This document shows positions 18,253 to 28,331 of a stretch of 64,000 nucleotides of DNA, in pieces. The notes beneath the pieces were generated by a model. The model was not told the DNA's origin and did not search any database. It saw only the letters and a list, made by a program, of their open reading frames with translations. This DNA comes from Alphaproteobacteria bacterium (lineage in GTDB: Bacteria > Pseudomonadota > Alphaproteobacteria > MPNO01). How positions within the stretch are numbered: the first letter of the stretch is position 1; every line of letters begins with the position of its first letter. Location of the stretch: positions 480,001 to 544,000 of the forward strand of contig CBDFLJ010000001.1 of the NCBI GenBank assembly GCA_965248835.1. Direction: 5' to 3'. Made by a program: the position numbers and the translations under genes.

Positions 18253-19389
18253 CTAACCCCAGACCTTATCGGCGACCTCGACCAGCCGGGCGAGCTTTTT
18301 CTTCTCGTCATCGATGGTGAAATGCGTGCCGAAGACGTTGGTCGAGAACCCGCATTGCGGGCAGAGGCCGAGCTGGTCGTGGGCGAGGTGCCTGCCGGCC
18401 TCGTCGATCCGCCGCTCAAGGTCCTCCGCCGATTCGACCGCGGTCTGCTTCGTCGACATCAGCCCGAGCAGCACCGTCTTGCCCTTGGGCACGTGCCGCA
18501 GCGGCGTGAAATCGCCGGCCCGCGGCGTGTCGTATTCCAGCAGGTAGCCGTCGACGTCGATGCGGTTGAACATCGCATCGGCGGCGGGCTCGTAGCCGCC
18601 CTCCGCGCCCCAGTAGGCGTTGAGGTTGCCGCGGCACATGTGAATCGTCGCCACGACGCCGTCCGGGCGCGGGTTGAGGATGTCGTTGTCGACCCTGGCG
18701 TAGCGCTCGATCAGGTCGTCGGGGTCCTCGCCGCGGGCGCGCACCATCTGGCGGTGGCGCTCGTCGCACAGGAAGGCCAGCATGACCTCGTCAAGCTGGA
18801 TGTGCCGGCATCCCGCCTCGACGAGCGCCGCCACTTCGCCACGGAAGGCGCCGACCACGTCGGCCCAGAATTCCTCGGGGTCGGGGTAGACCGCATCGAA
18901 GACCGCGACGTTGCGCAGGAAATGGAGCATCGTCGGCGAGGGCAGGCAGACCTTGGGCGTGACGGTGGCCGCGTCCTTGAGAAATACGAAGGGTGCGGTG
19001 TTGACGCTGCCGCGCGATGCGACCTTGCCGTCGATCCGGGTGGACGGCATCGGGCGCAGGTCGCCTTCGGCGTTGATGAACTTGACCTCCGAACGTCCGT
19101 CATAGCTCACCCCCGTCCCGGTCAGGCTCAGATAGACGTCCGACCACCAACTCCGGCGGCGGAACTCGCCGTCGGTAACGACGTTCAGCCCGGCCTGTTC
19201 CTGCAACTTCACGACATCGCGGATATGGCGGTCCTCGATCTCGCGCAGCGCCGCGTCGTCATGGGCGCCGAGATTGGTGTTCGCATCCTGGGCGCCCAGG
19301 ATGCGGTCGCGGGCCGCGCGCAAGGCTGCCGGCCGCAGCAGGCTGCCGACGTGATCGACGTGAACTCCAAGTCCCTGTTGGCTTGCCAT
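18253..19389 (-). CDS. Cobalamin-independent methionine synthase II family (single-barrel MetE-like)
   Basis: HVGSLLRP, TDGEFRR, IQLDE, HMCRGN, LLEYD, PQCGF (Zn ligands His/Cys/Glu/Cys). Confidence 0.9.
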   Translation of the reverse strand: MASQQGLGVHVDHVGSLLRPAALRAARDRILGAQDANTNLGAHDDAALREIEDRHIRDVVKLQEQAGLNVVTDGEFRRRSWWSDVYLSLTGTGVSYDGRSEVKFINAEGDLRPMPSTRIDGKVASRGSVNTAPFVFLKDAATVTPKVCLPSPTMLHFLRNVAVFDAVYPDPEEFWADVVGAFRGEVAALVEAGCRHIQLDEVMLAFLCDERHRQMVRARGEDPDDLIERYARVDNDILNPRPDGVVATIHMCRGNLNAYWGAEGGYEPAADAMFNRIDVDGYLLEYDTPRAGDFTPLRHVPKGKTVLLGLMSTKQTAVESAEDLERRIDEAGRHLAHDQLGLCPQCGFSTNVFGTHFTIDDEKKKLARLVEVADKVWG

Positions 19390-19409
19390 CGGCGGTCTCC
19401 CAGGGAGTC

Positions 19410-20585
19410 TCAGGCGGCGTGTCCCCACAGCGCCCGACCGGCGATCCGCGCGCCCTCGGCCAGGGCCTCGAACTTCGCCCAGACGATGCTCGGATGGACT
19501 TCGGGCGTGGCGCTGGCCTGGGTGCCGAAGCCGCAATCGCCGCCGGCGATGACGTTCTCGCGCCCGACCAGGTTGGCGAAGCGCTGGATGCGCTCGGCGA
19601 TAAGCTCGGGATGCTCGACCAGCACCGAGGAGTGGGTGATCACGCCCGGGATCAGGATCCTGCCGTCGGGCAGCCGAGTGTCTTTCCAGAGCTGCCATTC
19701 ATGCTCGTGGCGCGGGTTCGCGGCTTCGAACGAATAGGCGCCGGCGTTGATCCTGAGCACGATGTCCAGGATCCAGCCGAGCTCGACCTCATGCACCCTG
19801 GGGCCCATGTTGATGCCGTAGCAGGTGTGGTAGCGCGTCCGGTCCTCGGGCACGCCGTCGAGCGCGTAGTTGATCGCCTCGACTTGAGCTTCGACCCACT
19901 TGCGGTAATCGGCCATCTCCAGGCCGGGCGATTTGACGTAATGGGTCACCAGATGCGGGTCGTCGATCTGCAGGATGAACCCGGCATCGGTAATCGCGCG
20001 GTATTCCTGATTCATCGCATCGGCGATCGCGTAGAGGAAGGCTTCCTGCGAGGGGTAATGCTCGTTCTTCTGGTTACCCGCAACGTCGACCGGCGAGATC
20101 GCCGGCACGAACGCCTCCTCCACCCCGCTGGCATCGACCGCCGCACGCAGGTTGGCGAGGTCGCGCGCGAGCTGCGTCTGACCCTTGTATGAGACCGGCC
20201 CGGTGCAGACCAGCTCGTCCACCTGGGGGACCGCGCCCGCGCCGTGCGGCCTCGCCGATTCGTAGAAGGCGGGAAACGCCAGCGCCTCGCGCGTGCCGCC
20301 CCAAGGGATCCCGCGCGGCTTTGGCCTGGCCTCGTAGCCGGCCAGGCGTTCGTTGGCATAGACGCTGAAACCGCGCTTGGAGAACTCGCCGTCATCGACG
20401 ACATCGATGCCGAGCGAAGCCTGCTTGGCGACGACCGCAGCGACCGCTTCCTTCAGCGTCGCCTCGTACGCCGCGCGGTCGATCGCCACCCCGCGGTCCT
20501 CGGCAACGATCGCATCGATCAACGCCGGCGGGCGAGGCAGGCTCCCGACATGGGTGGTGAGGATCCTGTCCGTGCTGCGTCTCAT
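19410..20585 (-). CDS. Second MetE-like Zn enzyme (different subfamily)
   Basis: RILTTHVGSLPRP, DGEFSK, LQIDDP, HTCYG, FEAANPRHEHEW, VEHPELIAERI, DCGFG. Confidence 0.9.
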   Translation of the reverse strand: MRRSTDRILTTHVGSLPRPPALIDAIVAEDRGVAIDRAAYEATLKEAVAAVVAKQASLGIDVVDDGEFSKRGFSVYANERLAGYEARPKPRGIPWGGTREALAFPAFYESARPHGAGAVPQVDELVCTGPVSYKGQTQLARDLANLRAAVDASGVEEAFVPAISPVDVAGNQKNEHYPSQEAFLYAIADAMNQEYRAITDAGFILQIDDPHLVTHYVKSPGLEMADYRKWVEAQVEAINYALDGVPEDRTRYHTCYGINMGPRVHEVELGWILDIVLRINAGAYSFEAANPRHEHEWQLWKDTRLPDGRILIPGVITHSSVLVEHPELIAERIQRFANLVGRENVIAGGDCGFGTQASATPEVHPSIVWAKFEALAEGARIAGRALWGHAA

Positions 20586-21496
20586 TGGTCGTCCTCCCCT
20601 CTGGTCGATCTTAGAGCATGTTCCAGGCGAATCGAGTCGGCCCGGAAGATTGAGTAGGTCGCCCCGCAGATGATCGCAGCGCCCGGCCAGATCCAGATGT
20701 CGGGAATCTCGCTGAAGGCGAGGTAGCCGATCAGCGCAACGAAGGGGAGCTGGAGATAGTAGGCCGGCATCACCACCGCCGTCGGCGCTGCAACGAACGA
20801 TCGGGTCATGCCTTGCTGGGCGCCGGTACTGGCCAGGCCCAGCATGACCAGCCACGAAATGTCGCTCGCCGCCGGGGTCTGCCAGAGCAGCGCGGTGGGC
20901 ACGGCGGCGAGGATCGCCATCAGCCCGAACATGTAGAGCACCACGGCGTTGGTTTCCTGGGTGCCGGCGAAGAACCGTGTGGCGGCGTTTACCGCGCCGA
21001 AAGCGAGCCCGACGAACAGCATCGCCAGCGCCGGCCAAGCATTCTCCTGGAACCCCGGCCGGATAATGACCATAGCGCCGCAGAAGCCGATGACGACCGC
21101 AGCGGCCCGGCGGTAGCCCAGAGGTTCGCCGAGGAACAGCGCGGCCAGCACGACCGTGAACAGGGCCGCCGTGAACAGGAGTGCCGAAACGTCGGCGGCG
21201 TTCATGTGCCGCAGCGCATAGTACATCGCCACCATGCCGGCCGCGGCGGCGGCGCTGCGCGCCCAGTGGACCGGCATGTTGGCGGCCTTCATCGCGCCCG
21301 GCGCGGCGCGGATCAGCCAGGGCAGCATGCAGACCGTCGTGCCGGCGGCCTGGAAAAAGACGATCTCGATTCCGGGCAGGTGGGAGACCCGGCGCGCCGA
21401 GATCACGATCATCGCATGGAACAGCGACGCGAAGGTCATCCACGAGATGCCGCGCACGACGCCTGCGCGCGGGCCGGGGCTGGCGGGACGGCCCAC
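20582..21496 (-). CDS. DMT/EamA family transporter
   Basis: About 10 hydrophobic segments, LFLGE, IIRPG, FSEIPD; ATGA overlap with downstream gene. Confidence 0.85.
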   Translation of the reverse strand: MGRPASPGPRAGVVRGISWMTFASLFHAMIVISARRVSHLPGIEIVFFQAAGTTVCMLPWLIRAAPGAMKAANMPVHWARSAAAAAGMVAMYYALRHMNAADVSALLFTAALFTVVLAALFLGEPLGYRRAAAVVIGFCGAMVIIRPGFQENAWPALAMLFVGLAFGAVNAATRFFAGTQETNAVVLYMFGLMAILAAVPTALLWQTPAASDISWLVMLGLASTGAQQGMTRSFVAAPTAVVMPAYYLQLPFVALIGYLAFSEIPDIWIWPGAAIICGATYSIFRADSIRLEHALRSTRGEDDQ

Positions 21497-21505
21497 CGCT
21501 CGGTT

Positions 21506-22411
21506 CTATCGCGTCGGGACCGGGTGGTCGCCCGAATAGTCGTAGAAGCCGCGACCGGTCTTGCGGCCGAGCCAGCCGGCCTCGACATATTTGACCAGCA
21601 GCGGGCAGGGCCGGTACTTGCTATCGGCAAGCCCCTCATAGAGCACCTGCATGACGGACAGGCAGGTATCCAGCCCGATGAAGTCGGCGAGCTCGAACGG
21701 ACCCATCGGGTGATTGGCGCCCATCCGCATCGCGGTGTCGATCGATTCCACCGAGCCGACGCCCTCGTGCAGCGTGTAGACCGCTTCGTTCAGCATCGGC
21801 AGGAGAATGCGGTTGACGATGAATGCGGGGAAATCCTCCGCGTTCACCGGCGTCTTGCCGAGCGCGAGGGTCAGCGCCCGGATGGTCTCGAAGGTCGGCT
21901 TGTCGGTGGCGATGCCGGGGATCAGCTCGACAAGCTGCATCGCGGGCACCGGGTTCATGAAATGCATGCCCATGAACTTCGCCGGCCGATCGGTCGCCGC
22001 GCCCAGCCGGGTGATCGAGATCGAGGAGGTGTTCGAGGCGATCAGCGCATCTTCGCGGATCTCGGCGACAAGCCGCTTGTAGATCTCGCGCTTGGTCTCC
22101 TCCTTCTCGGTCGCCGCCTCGATGACCAGATCGCAATCGGCGAAGATGCCGTATTCGGTCCCGGTCCGGATCCGGCCGAGCGCCGCGTCCTTCTCCTCGG
22201 CGGTCATCCGGCTGCGGCCGATCTGGCGGTCGAAATTGCGCCCGATGGAGCCAAGCGCGTCCGCGACCAGGGCGTGCGAGATGTCGCCCAGCACCACGTC
22301 GAAGCCATTGGCGGCGCAGACGTTGGCGATGCCGGTGCCCATCTGCCCCGCGCCGACGACCCCGATTGTCCGGATCGGGCCGTCCGGGCCGCTAACGGCT
22401 GGATCGTTCAT
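21506..22411 (-). CDS. hbd: 3-hydroxybutyryl-CoA dehydrogenase
   Basis: [41 protein letters not shown]. Confidence 0.92.
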   Translation of the reverse strand: MNDPAVSGPDGPIRTIGVVGAGQMGTGIANVCAANGFDVVLGDISHALVADALGSIGRNFDRQIGRSRMTAEEKDAALGRIRTGTEYGIFADCDLVIEAATEKEETKREIYKRLVAEIREDALIASNTSSISITRLGAATDRPAKFMGMHFMNPVPAMQLVELIPGIATDKPTFETIRALTLALGKTPVNAEDFPAFIVNRILLPMLNEAVYTLHEGVGSVESIDTAMRMGANHPMGPFELADFIGLDTCLSVMQVLYEGLADSKYRPCPLLVKYVEAGWLGRKTGRGFYDYSGDHPVPTR

Positions 22412-22459
22412 CGCACCACCATCCTTCAGAAAGTCGGCGAGAAGCGGCCGAAGACGACC

Positions 22460-23410
22460 TCACCGCGGTTTGATGCCGGTCTTGTCGAGCTCCTCGACGA
22501 GCGCCGGCAGCGCCTTGAACAGGTCCTCCACCAGGCCGTAGTCGGCGATCTGGAACATCGGCGCGTCCTCGTCCTTGTTGATCGCGACGATGACCTTGCT
22601 GTCCTTCATCCCGGCAAGATGCTGGATCGCACCGGAAATGCCCACCGCGACATAAAGCTCCGGTGCCACCACCTTGCCGGTCTGGCCGACCTGGAAGTCG
22701 TTCGGCCGGTAGCCGGCATCGACGGCAGCGCGCGAGGCGCCGACCGCGGCCCCGAGCCGGTCGGCGACCGCCTCGACCAGGGCGAAGTTCTCCGAGGACT
22801 GCATGCCGCGTCCGCCGGAGACGATGACCCGGGCGCTGGTGAGCTCCGGTCGTTCGGACTTCGACAGCGCCTGGCGCAGGAAGCGCGACTGGCCGGAGCC
22901 CTGTTCGCCGGCGACAGGCTCGATCGCCGCGCTGCCGTCCTGGCCGGCGGCGGGAAAGGCGGTGCCGCGCACGGTGATCACCTTGATCGGATCGCTGGAC
23001 TGGACGGTCGCCATCGCGTTTCCGGCATAGATCGGACGCACGAAAGTATCAGCCGATACGATCTCCATCATGTCCGAGATCTGGGCGACATCGAGGAGGG
23101 CTGCGACGCGCGGGGCGAGGTTCTTGCCGGTGGTGTTGGCCGGGAACAGGACCGCCTCGTAGTCGGGTGCGAGCGAGACCACGAGCGGGGCCACGGCTTC
23201 GGCCAGCAGATGGCCGTAGGCCTCGTTCTCGGCCAGGCGGACCCGGCCAACGCCGGCGATACAAGCCGCCGCCTCGGCGACCGCGCGGCAGGATTCGCCT
23301 GCGACCAGCACGTCGACGGCGGGGCCCAGCGCCGCCGCCGCGCTGACGGTGTTCAGCGTCGCGGGCGCAAGCTCGGTGCCGTCGTGATCGGCAACGACCA
23401 GGGCCGCCAT
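22460..23410 (-). CDS. etfA: Electron transfer flavoprotein alpha subunit
   Basis: [38 protein letters not shown]. Confidence 0.96.
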   Translation of the reverse strand: MAALVVADHDGTELAPATLNTVSAAAALGPAVDVLVAGESCRAVAEAAACIAGVGRVRLAENEAYGHLLAEAVAPLVVSLAPDYEAVLFPANTTGKNLAPRVAALLDVAQISDMMEIVSADTFVRPIYAGNAMATVQSSDPIKVITVRGTAFPAAGQDGSAAIEPVAGEQGSGQSRFLRQALSKSERPELTSARVIVSGGRGMQSSENFALVEAVADRLGAAVGASRAAVDAGYRPNDFQVGQTGKVVAPELYVAVGISGAIQHLAGMKDSKVIVAINKDEDAPMFQIADYGLVEDLFKALPALVEELDKTGIKPR

Positions 23411-24159
23411 CAGATCACCCCCGCTTCGTTCTTCAGCTTGTCGACCAGTTCGGCAACGTCGGCGACCTTGGCACCGCCCTCGCGCTTGGGCGGGTCCTCG
23501 ACCTTCAACGTCATGAGCCGCGGCGCCACGTCGACGCCCAGATCGTCGACCGGGATCTGGTCGATCGGCTTTTTCTTCGCCTTCATGATGTTGGGCAGCG
23601 AGGCATAGCGCGGCTCGTTGAGCCGGAGGTCGGTGGTCATCACCGCCGGCAGGTCGAGCGCAAGCGTCTCAAGCCCGCCGTCGACTTCACGGGTCACTTC
23701 GGCGGCGCCGTCGGCGAAGACGATCTCGGAGGCGAAGGTGCCTTGCGGCCATCCCAGGAGCGCGGCCAGCATCTGGCCGGTCTGGTTGCTGTCGTCATCG
23801 ATCGCCTGCTTGCCAAGGATCACCAGGTCCGGGCGCTCGCGCTCGACCAACGCCTTCAGCAGCTTGGCCACCGCCAGCGGCTGGAGCTCCTGGTCGGTCA
23901 GGACGTGGATGCCGCGGTCCGCGCCCATGGCCAGCGCGGTTCGGATCGTCTCCTGGCACTGCTGGACGCCCATCGAGACGGCGATGATCTCCTCGGCCTT
24001 TCCGGCCTCCTTCATGCGGATCGCTTCCTCGACGGCGATCTCGTCGAAAGGGTTCATCGACATCTTGACGTTGGTCGTCTCGACGCCGCTCTGGTCGGCC
24101 TTGACGCGGACCTTGACGTTGTAGTCGACGACCCGCTTGACAGCGACGAATACCTTCAT
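23410..24159 (-). CDS. etfB: Electron transfer flavoprotein beta subunit
   Basis: [40 protein letters not shown]. Confidence 0.96.
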   Translation of the reverse strand: MKVFVAVKRVVDYNVKVRVKADQSGVETTNVKMSMNPFDEIAVEEAIRMKEAGKAEEIIAVSMGVQQCQETIRTALAMGADRGIHVLTDQELQPLAVAKLLKALVERERPDLVILGKQAIDDDSNQTGQMLAALLGWPQGTFASEIVFADGAAEVTREVDGGLETLALDLPAVMTTDLRLNEPRYASLPNIMKAKKKPIDQIPVDDLGVDVAPRLMTLKVEDPPKREGGAKVADVAELVDKLKNEAGVI

Positions 24160-24337
24160 CGAAAGGTTTCCCCGGATCTCTTGACGAATACGTTCAGCAA
24201 TTGGAGGCGGGCTGGGACACGGCCTTCAGGGTCGCGGCATGCTGCCGGCTTATGAAAACCGCGTTGCACATTATGTCTGCGCCCATGGGCTGTCAACGCG
24301 CTGTCCTGGACCGCGCCCGACCGGGAAGGCGATCGCG

Positions 24338-24502
24338 ATGAGCCGCGAGCGGTTCGACGCGGTGATCGTCGGTGGCGCCGCAATGGGCAGCGCGGTTGTC
24401 GAACTGATCGTCCATGGCGGGTTTCGCACCCTCGACCTTGCGGCGCTGGACTATGATCGCGTCGAACGCCGGGCGCCGCTCCGGGAAGCGAACGTGGTCT
24501 GG
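24338..24502 (+). pseudogene. Internally deleted FAD-dependent oxidoreductase (DAO/FOXRED1-like)
   Basis: MSRERFDAVIVGGAAMGSAV (FAD-binding start) joined in frame to ELIVHGGFRTLDLAALDYDRVERRAPLREANVV (typical C-terminus); RBS-like GGGAAGG upstream. Confidence 0.65.
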
Positions 24503-24521
24503 CTGCCGCCGAGGGACTTCG

Positions 24522-25367
24522 ATGAGCTATCTCGACCGCATCGCCGAATGCAACGCGCACGACCTGTCGGGGTTCATACCCTTCGAGGTCTCAGGTGTCC
24601 GGGTCGGCTGGCTGCGGCCGGCATTCGCCCGCCACCTCGCGCCCCATGGCGAGGTCTTCGCGCTCGACGCCGATGCGGTCCGGCTCGCCCCCGGACTCGC
24701 CGGTCCGGCCGCGCGCAGCGAAGCGGTCGCGCCGGTGCTGCGCCGGTTCGCCGAAGACGGGCTGATCGGCGGCTGGCGCAACGAGATCTATCCCGTCGGC
24801 ACGCGCTTTGCCGATCCGCCGCTGATGCAAATCGAGCGCGCGGCGGTGCCGTTCTTCGGCATCCGGGCCTATGGCATTCACGTCAACGGCTTCGTCCGCG
24901 ACGGCGATCGGCTGTCGATGTGGGTCGGCCGCCGGGCGCGTGACAAGCCGACCTATCCCGGCATGCTCGACAACTTCGTCGCCGGCGGCCAGCCGGTCGG
25001 CATCAGCCTGATGGACAATTTGATCAAGGAGGCCGGCGAGGAGGCGGGCGTGCCGCCGGAGCTTGCCCGGCGGGCGCGTGCCGTTAGCGCGATCTCCTAT
25101 TGCCAGGAGACCGAAGACGGGCTGAAGCCGGACGTCATGTTCTGCTACGACCTGGAGCTTCCGGCGGATTTCCGGCCACGCAACACCGACGGCGAGCTCG
25201 AGGACTTTTATCTCTGGCCGGTCGAGCAGGTCATGGAGACGGTCTCGCAGACCCGCGCGTTCAAGTTCAATTGCAATTTGGTGTGCACCGACTTCTTCGT
25301 CCGCCATGGGCTGCTTTCGCCCGACCGGACGGACTATGTCGAAATCGTCAAGCGCCTGCGGTCATAG
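24522..25367 (+). CDS. NUDIX hydrolase with DUF4743 domain
   Basis: IERAAVPFFGIRAYGIHVNG, YPGMLDNFVAGG, KEAGEEAG, CYDLELP, FKFNC. Confidence 0.88.
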   Translation: MSYLDRIAECNAHDLSGFIPFEVSGVRVGWLRPAFARHLAPHGEVFALDADAVRLAPGLAGPAARSEAVAPVLRRFAEDGLIGGWRNEIYPVGTRFADPPLMQIERAAVPFFGIRAYGIHVNGFVRDGDRLSMWVGRRARDKPTYPGMLDNFVAGGQPVGISLMDNLIKEAGEEAGVPPELARRARAVSAISYCQETEDGLKPDVMFCYDLELPADFRPRNTDGELEDFYLWPVEQVMETVSQTRAFKFNCNLVCTDFFVRHGLLSPDRTDYVEIVKRLRS

Positions 25368-26225
25368 GCTGGCGAAGCCGGCCATCACGCGGACCTCCTC
25401 GGGTGTGCGGCCGCTGGCGCGCAGGCTTGCGATGCTGAGGCTGTCATGGCGCTTGGCAAGCCGGCGGCCGGCGTCATCGGTCAGCAGGCGGTGGTGCTGA
25501 TATTGCGGGGTGTCGTAGCCGAGAAGCGCCTGCAGCAGCCGGTGGACATGGGTTGCTGCCAGGAGATCGGCGCCGCGGCTGACGATGCTTACCCCCTGCA
25601 GGTGGTCGTCGACCGTGACCGCGAGGTGGTAGCTGGTCGGCGCGTCCTTGCGCGCGAGCACGATGTCTCCGAACGTCTCCGGGCGCGCGTTCAGCGTGCC
25701 GTGTGTGCGATCGCACCACGAGATCGGACCGATCATTGCCGCCGCGCGGGCCATGTCCAGCCGCAGCGCGTAGGGCTCGCCGGCCTCGATCCGTTGCCGG
25801 GCGCGTTCACCGGGCAGATTGCGGCAGATACCGGGATAGACCGGGCCGTCGGGGCCGTGCGGTGCCTGGCCCGACCGCGCGATCTCGGCCTTGATGTCCT
25901 TGCGGGTGCAAAAGCAGGGATAGACAAGACCTGTGCCGTCGAGCGTCTCGAGCGCGGCGCTGTAATCGTCGAGATGGTCGGACTGCCGGCGGACATCTCC
26001 GTCCCAGCACAGCCCGAGCCATTCGAGATCGCGATAGATCGCGGCCTCGAATTCCGGCCGGCAGCGGCCGGAGTCGATGTCCTCGATACGCAGGATGAAG
26101 CGGCCCTGCGGGCCCCGGGCGAGGGCTTGGGCGGTAAGAGCCGAATAGGCGTGACCGAGATGGAGCAGGCCTGTGGGACTCGGCGCAAAGCGCGAGACTG
26201 CCTCCGGCACGGAGCGTTTTGCCAT
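25362..26225 (-). CDS. gluQ: tRNA glutamyl-Q(34) synthetase
   Basis: RFAPSPTGLLHLGH, LRIEDID, CFCTR, YPGIC, YHLAVTVDD, RGADL, LAKR; lacks anticodon-binding domain. Confidence 0.92.
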   Translation of the reverse strand: MAKRSVPEAVSRFAPSPTGLLHLGHAYSALTAQALARGPQGRFILRIEDIDSGRCRPEFEAAIYRDLEWLGLCWDGDVRRQSDHLDDYSAALETLDGTGLVYPCFCTRKDIKAEIARSGQAPHGPDGPVYPGICRNLPGERARQRIEAGEPYALRLDMARAAAMIGPISWCDRTHGTLNARPETFGDIVLARKDAPTSYHLAVTVDDHLQGVSIVSRGADLLAATHVHRLLQALLGYDTPQYQHHRLLTDDAGRRLAKRHDSLSIASLRASGRTPEEVRVMAGFASL

Positions 26226-26291
26226 GTCCCGGCATCTATGCCATAGAGCGTTGATGAAAAATATAGCCGTTCCGACGCGGCGGCGAACCCG

Positions 26292-26951
26292 ATGACACGC
26301 GCCATGACAGCGGCCGATTTCGGCCGGGCGCTTGCCGATTTGGCCGCTTGCGATCCCGCGCTGGGCCGGATCGCCGATGCTTTCGGCCCGCCGCCCCGCC
26401 GGCGGCGCGATCAGGGGTTCGCGACTATCGTCCTGCTCATCCTGGAGCAGCAGGTCTCGCTCGCCTCGGCCGAGGCGAGTTTCGCCCGCCTGGCCGAGGC
26501 GGCCGGCGGCGTCGAGCCCGCGCGCGTGCTGGCGCTCGGCGATGACGGGCTCAGGCGCGCCGGGCTGTCGCGCCAGAAGGCCGGCTACGTCCTGGGGCTG
26601 GCCGATGCGGTCGCGACGGGGGCGCTCGACTTCCGCCGCATCGCGCGCGCCGACGATGACAGCGCCCGCGAGACGCTGGTCGCGCTCAAAGGGATCGGCA
26701 CCTGGACGGCGGACATCTACCTGTTGAGCGCGCTGCAGCGGCCGGACGTGTGGCCGGCGCGCGATCTCGCGCTGCAGGTCGCCGCGCAGGAGATCAAGGC
26801 GCTGGACGCCCGGCCCGACGAGCCCGCGCTTGCCGCGATCGGCGAGGCGTGGCGGCCCTGGCGGTCGGTTGCCGCGCGGTTGCTGTGGCACTATTACCTC
26901 AACACCAAGCGCCCGGGCCGCGCGAACAAGACCGACACAACGGAGGCGTGA
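26292..26951 (+). CDS. DNA-3-methyladenine glycosylase (AlkA-like, HhH-GPD)
   Basis: ILEQQVS, LKGIGTWTA, PDVWPARD, WRPWRS. Confidence 0.9.
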   Translation: MTRAMTAADFGRALADLAACDPALGRIADAFGPPPRRRRDQGFATIVLLILEQQVSLASAEASFARLAEAAGGVEPARVLALGDDGLRRAGLSRQKAGYVLGLADAVATGALDFRRIARADDDSARETLVALKGIGTWTADIYLLSALQRPDVWPARDLALQVAAQEIKALDARPDEPALAAIGEAWRPWRSVAARLLWHYYLNTKRPGRANKTDTTEA

Positions 26952-27616
26952 TGGCCGATCAAGTCCCGCTTACCGGTCCCGCCTTCGGGCCTGCCGCAGG
27001 CGGGCCGGCGGCTTCGCTGGTCATTCTGCTGCACGGGCTCGGCGCCGACGGCAATGACCTGATCGGGCTTGCGCCTTATTTCGCGCGCACCCTGCCCGAT
27101 GCCGCGTTCATCGCGCCCGACGCCCCCCACGCCTGCGACATGGCGCCGATGGGCTATCAGTGGTTCAGCATCCAGACCCAGGATACCGCCCAACGGGTGG
27201 AGGAGATCCGCCAGAGCGCGCGCATCATCGATGGCTTCATCGACGACCAGCTCGCCGTCCATGGCCTCGGCGAGGAGCGTCTTGCCCTGGTGGGGTTCAG
27301 CCAGGGAACCATGATGTCGCTGTTCGTCGCCCCGCGGCGGGCCGCCGCCTGCGCGGGCGTCCTCGGCTATTCGGGCCGCCTGGAGGGCAGAAACCTTCTG
27401 GCCGCGGAGACGGTCTCGCGCCCCCCGGTGGTGCTGATCCACGGCGATTCGGACGAGCTGCTGCCGATCGACCGGCTGGAGCATGCCCGTGCCGGGCTGG
27501 AGGAGAACGGGTTTTCGGTAAAGACCCACGTCCGTCCCGGGCTGGGCCACGGCATCGACGAGGCCGGGATCGAGATCGGGGCGCGTTTCCTGGCCGCGCG
27601 GCTGGGCGAGACATAA
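26951..27616 (+). CDS. Phospholipase/carboxylesterase (alpha/beta hydrolase)
   Basis: LHGLGADG, GFSQG, HGDSD, GHGI. Confidence 0.9.
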   Translation: MADQVPLTGPAFGPAAGGPAASLVILLHGLGADGNDLIGLAPYFARTLPDAAFIAPDAPHACDMAPMGYQWFSIQTQDTAQRVEEIRQSARIIDGFIDDQLAVHGLGEERLALVGFSQGTMMSLFVAPRRAAACAGVLGYSGRLEGRNLLAAETVSRPPVVLIHGDSDELLPIDRLEHARAGLEENGFSVKTHVRPGLGHGIDEAGIEIGARFLAARLGET

Positions 27617-27708
27617 GGCGCCGCCTGATCGGTTGCCGATCGGCCTGATCGCGTGTAAGGTGTTGATATGGTTGGTGTGCGGTTGATCGCCGGTTTGTAG
27701 TCGGGGCG

Positions 27709-28275
27709 GTGTCGGTGGTCGCCTTCAACGATTGTCCTGCCTTGGTCCTGAACGCGGATTTTCGTCCGCTGAGCTATTTTCCGCTTTCGCTCTGGTGTTG
27801 GCAGGACACGGTCAAGGCTGTCTTCCTGGACCGTGTCAACATCGTCTCGGAATACGATCAGATCGTCCGCTCGCCGGGGTCAGCGATGCGCCTGCCCTCG
27901 GTGATCGCGCTGAAAACCTATATCCCGATGGCTCGGCGGCCGGCGTTCACGCGCTTCAACGTCTTTTTGCGCGATCGGTTCGAGTGCCAGTATTGCGGGG
28001 CCAGGCCGGGGACGCCCGAGCTTACCTTCGATCATGTCGTGCCGCGCTCGCGCGGCGGGCGGACCACCTGGGTGAACGTGGTCAGCGCCTGCACCTCGTG
28101 CAACCTGCGCAAGTCCGACCGGTTGCCGCGCGAATGCGGGCTGCGTCCCAGGCGCGAGCCGGTCGCGCCGTCGAACCACCAGCTCCAGGCCAACGGCCGC
28201 GCCTTTCCGCCCAACTTCCTGCACGATAGCTGGCGCGATTTCCTGTACTGGGATTCCGAGCTCGAGTCCGGCTGA
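27709..28275 (+). CDS. HNH endonuclease
   Basis: LVLNADFRPLSY, RDRFECQYCG, TFDHVVPRSRGG, ACTSCNLRK. Confidence 0.9.
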   Translation: MSVVAFNDCPALVLNADFRPLSYFPLSLWCWQDTVKAVFLDRVNIVSEYDQIVRSPGSAMRLPSVIALKTYIPMARRPAFTRFNVFLRDRFECQYCGARPGTPELTFDHVVPRSRGGRTTWVNVVSACTSCNLRKSDRLPRECGLRPRREPVAPSNHQLQANGRAFPPNFLHDSWRDFLYWDSELESG

Positions 28276-28331
28276 GCCGGGGCTTGGTTCGCGGTCCCGA
28301 CCGGAGGTCCCGGGCGGCGCGGGGCCCGCCG

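Noticed and set aside
20611-20640. TTAGAGCATGTTCC resembling the end of alphaproteobacterial palindromic repeats
   Set aside because: Single short match inside the EamA 3' end with no partner arm.
12278-21496. Possible selenocysteine (UGA) recoding near selD
   Set aside because: SelD has Cys (CGGCGAK); neighbouring genes read as full-length without an internal TGA.
27709-28275. HNH nuclease as a mobile or defence element
   Set aside because: Looks like the common stand-alone alphaproteobacterial HNH; host-like codon use and no flanking repeats or partner genes.
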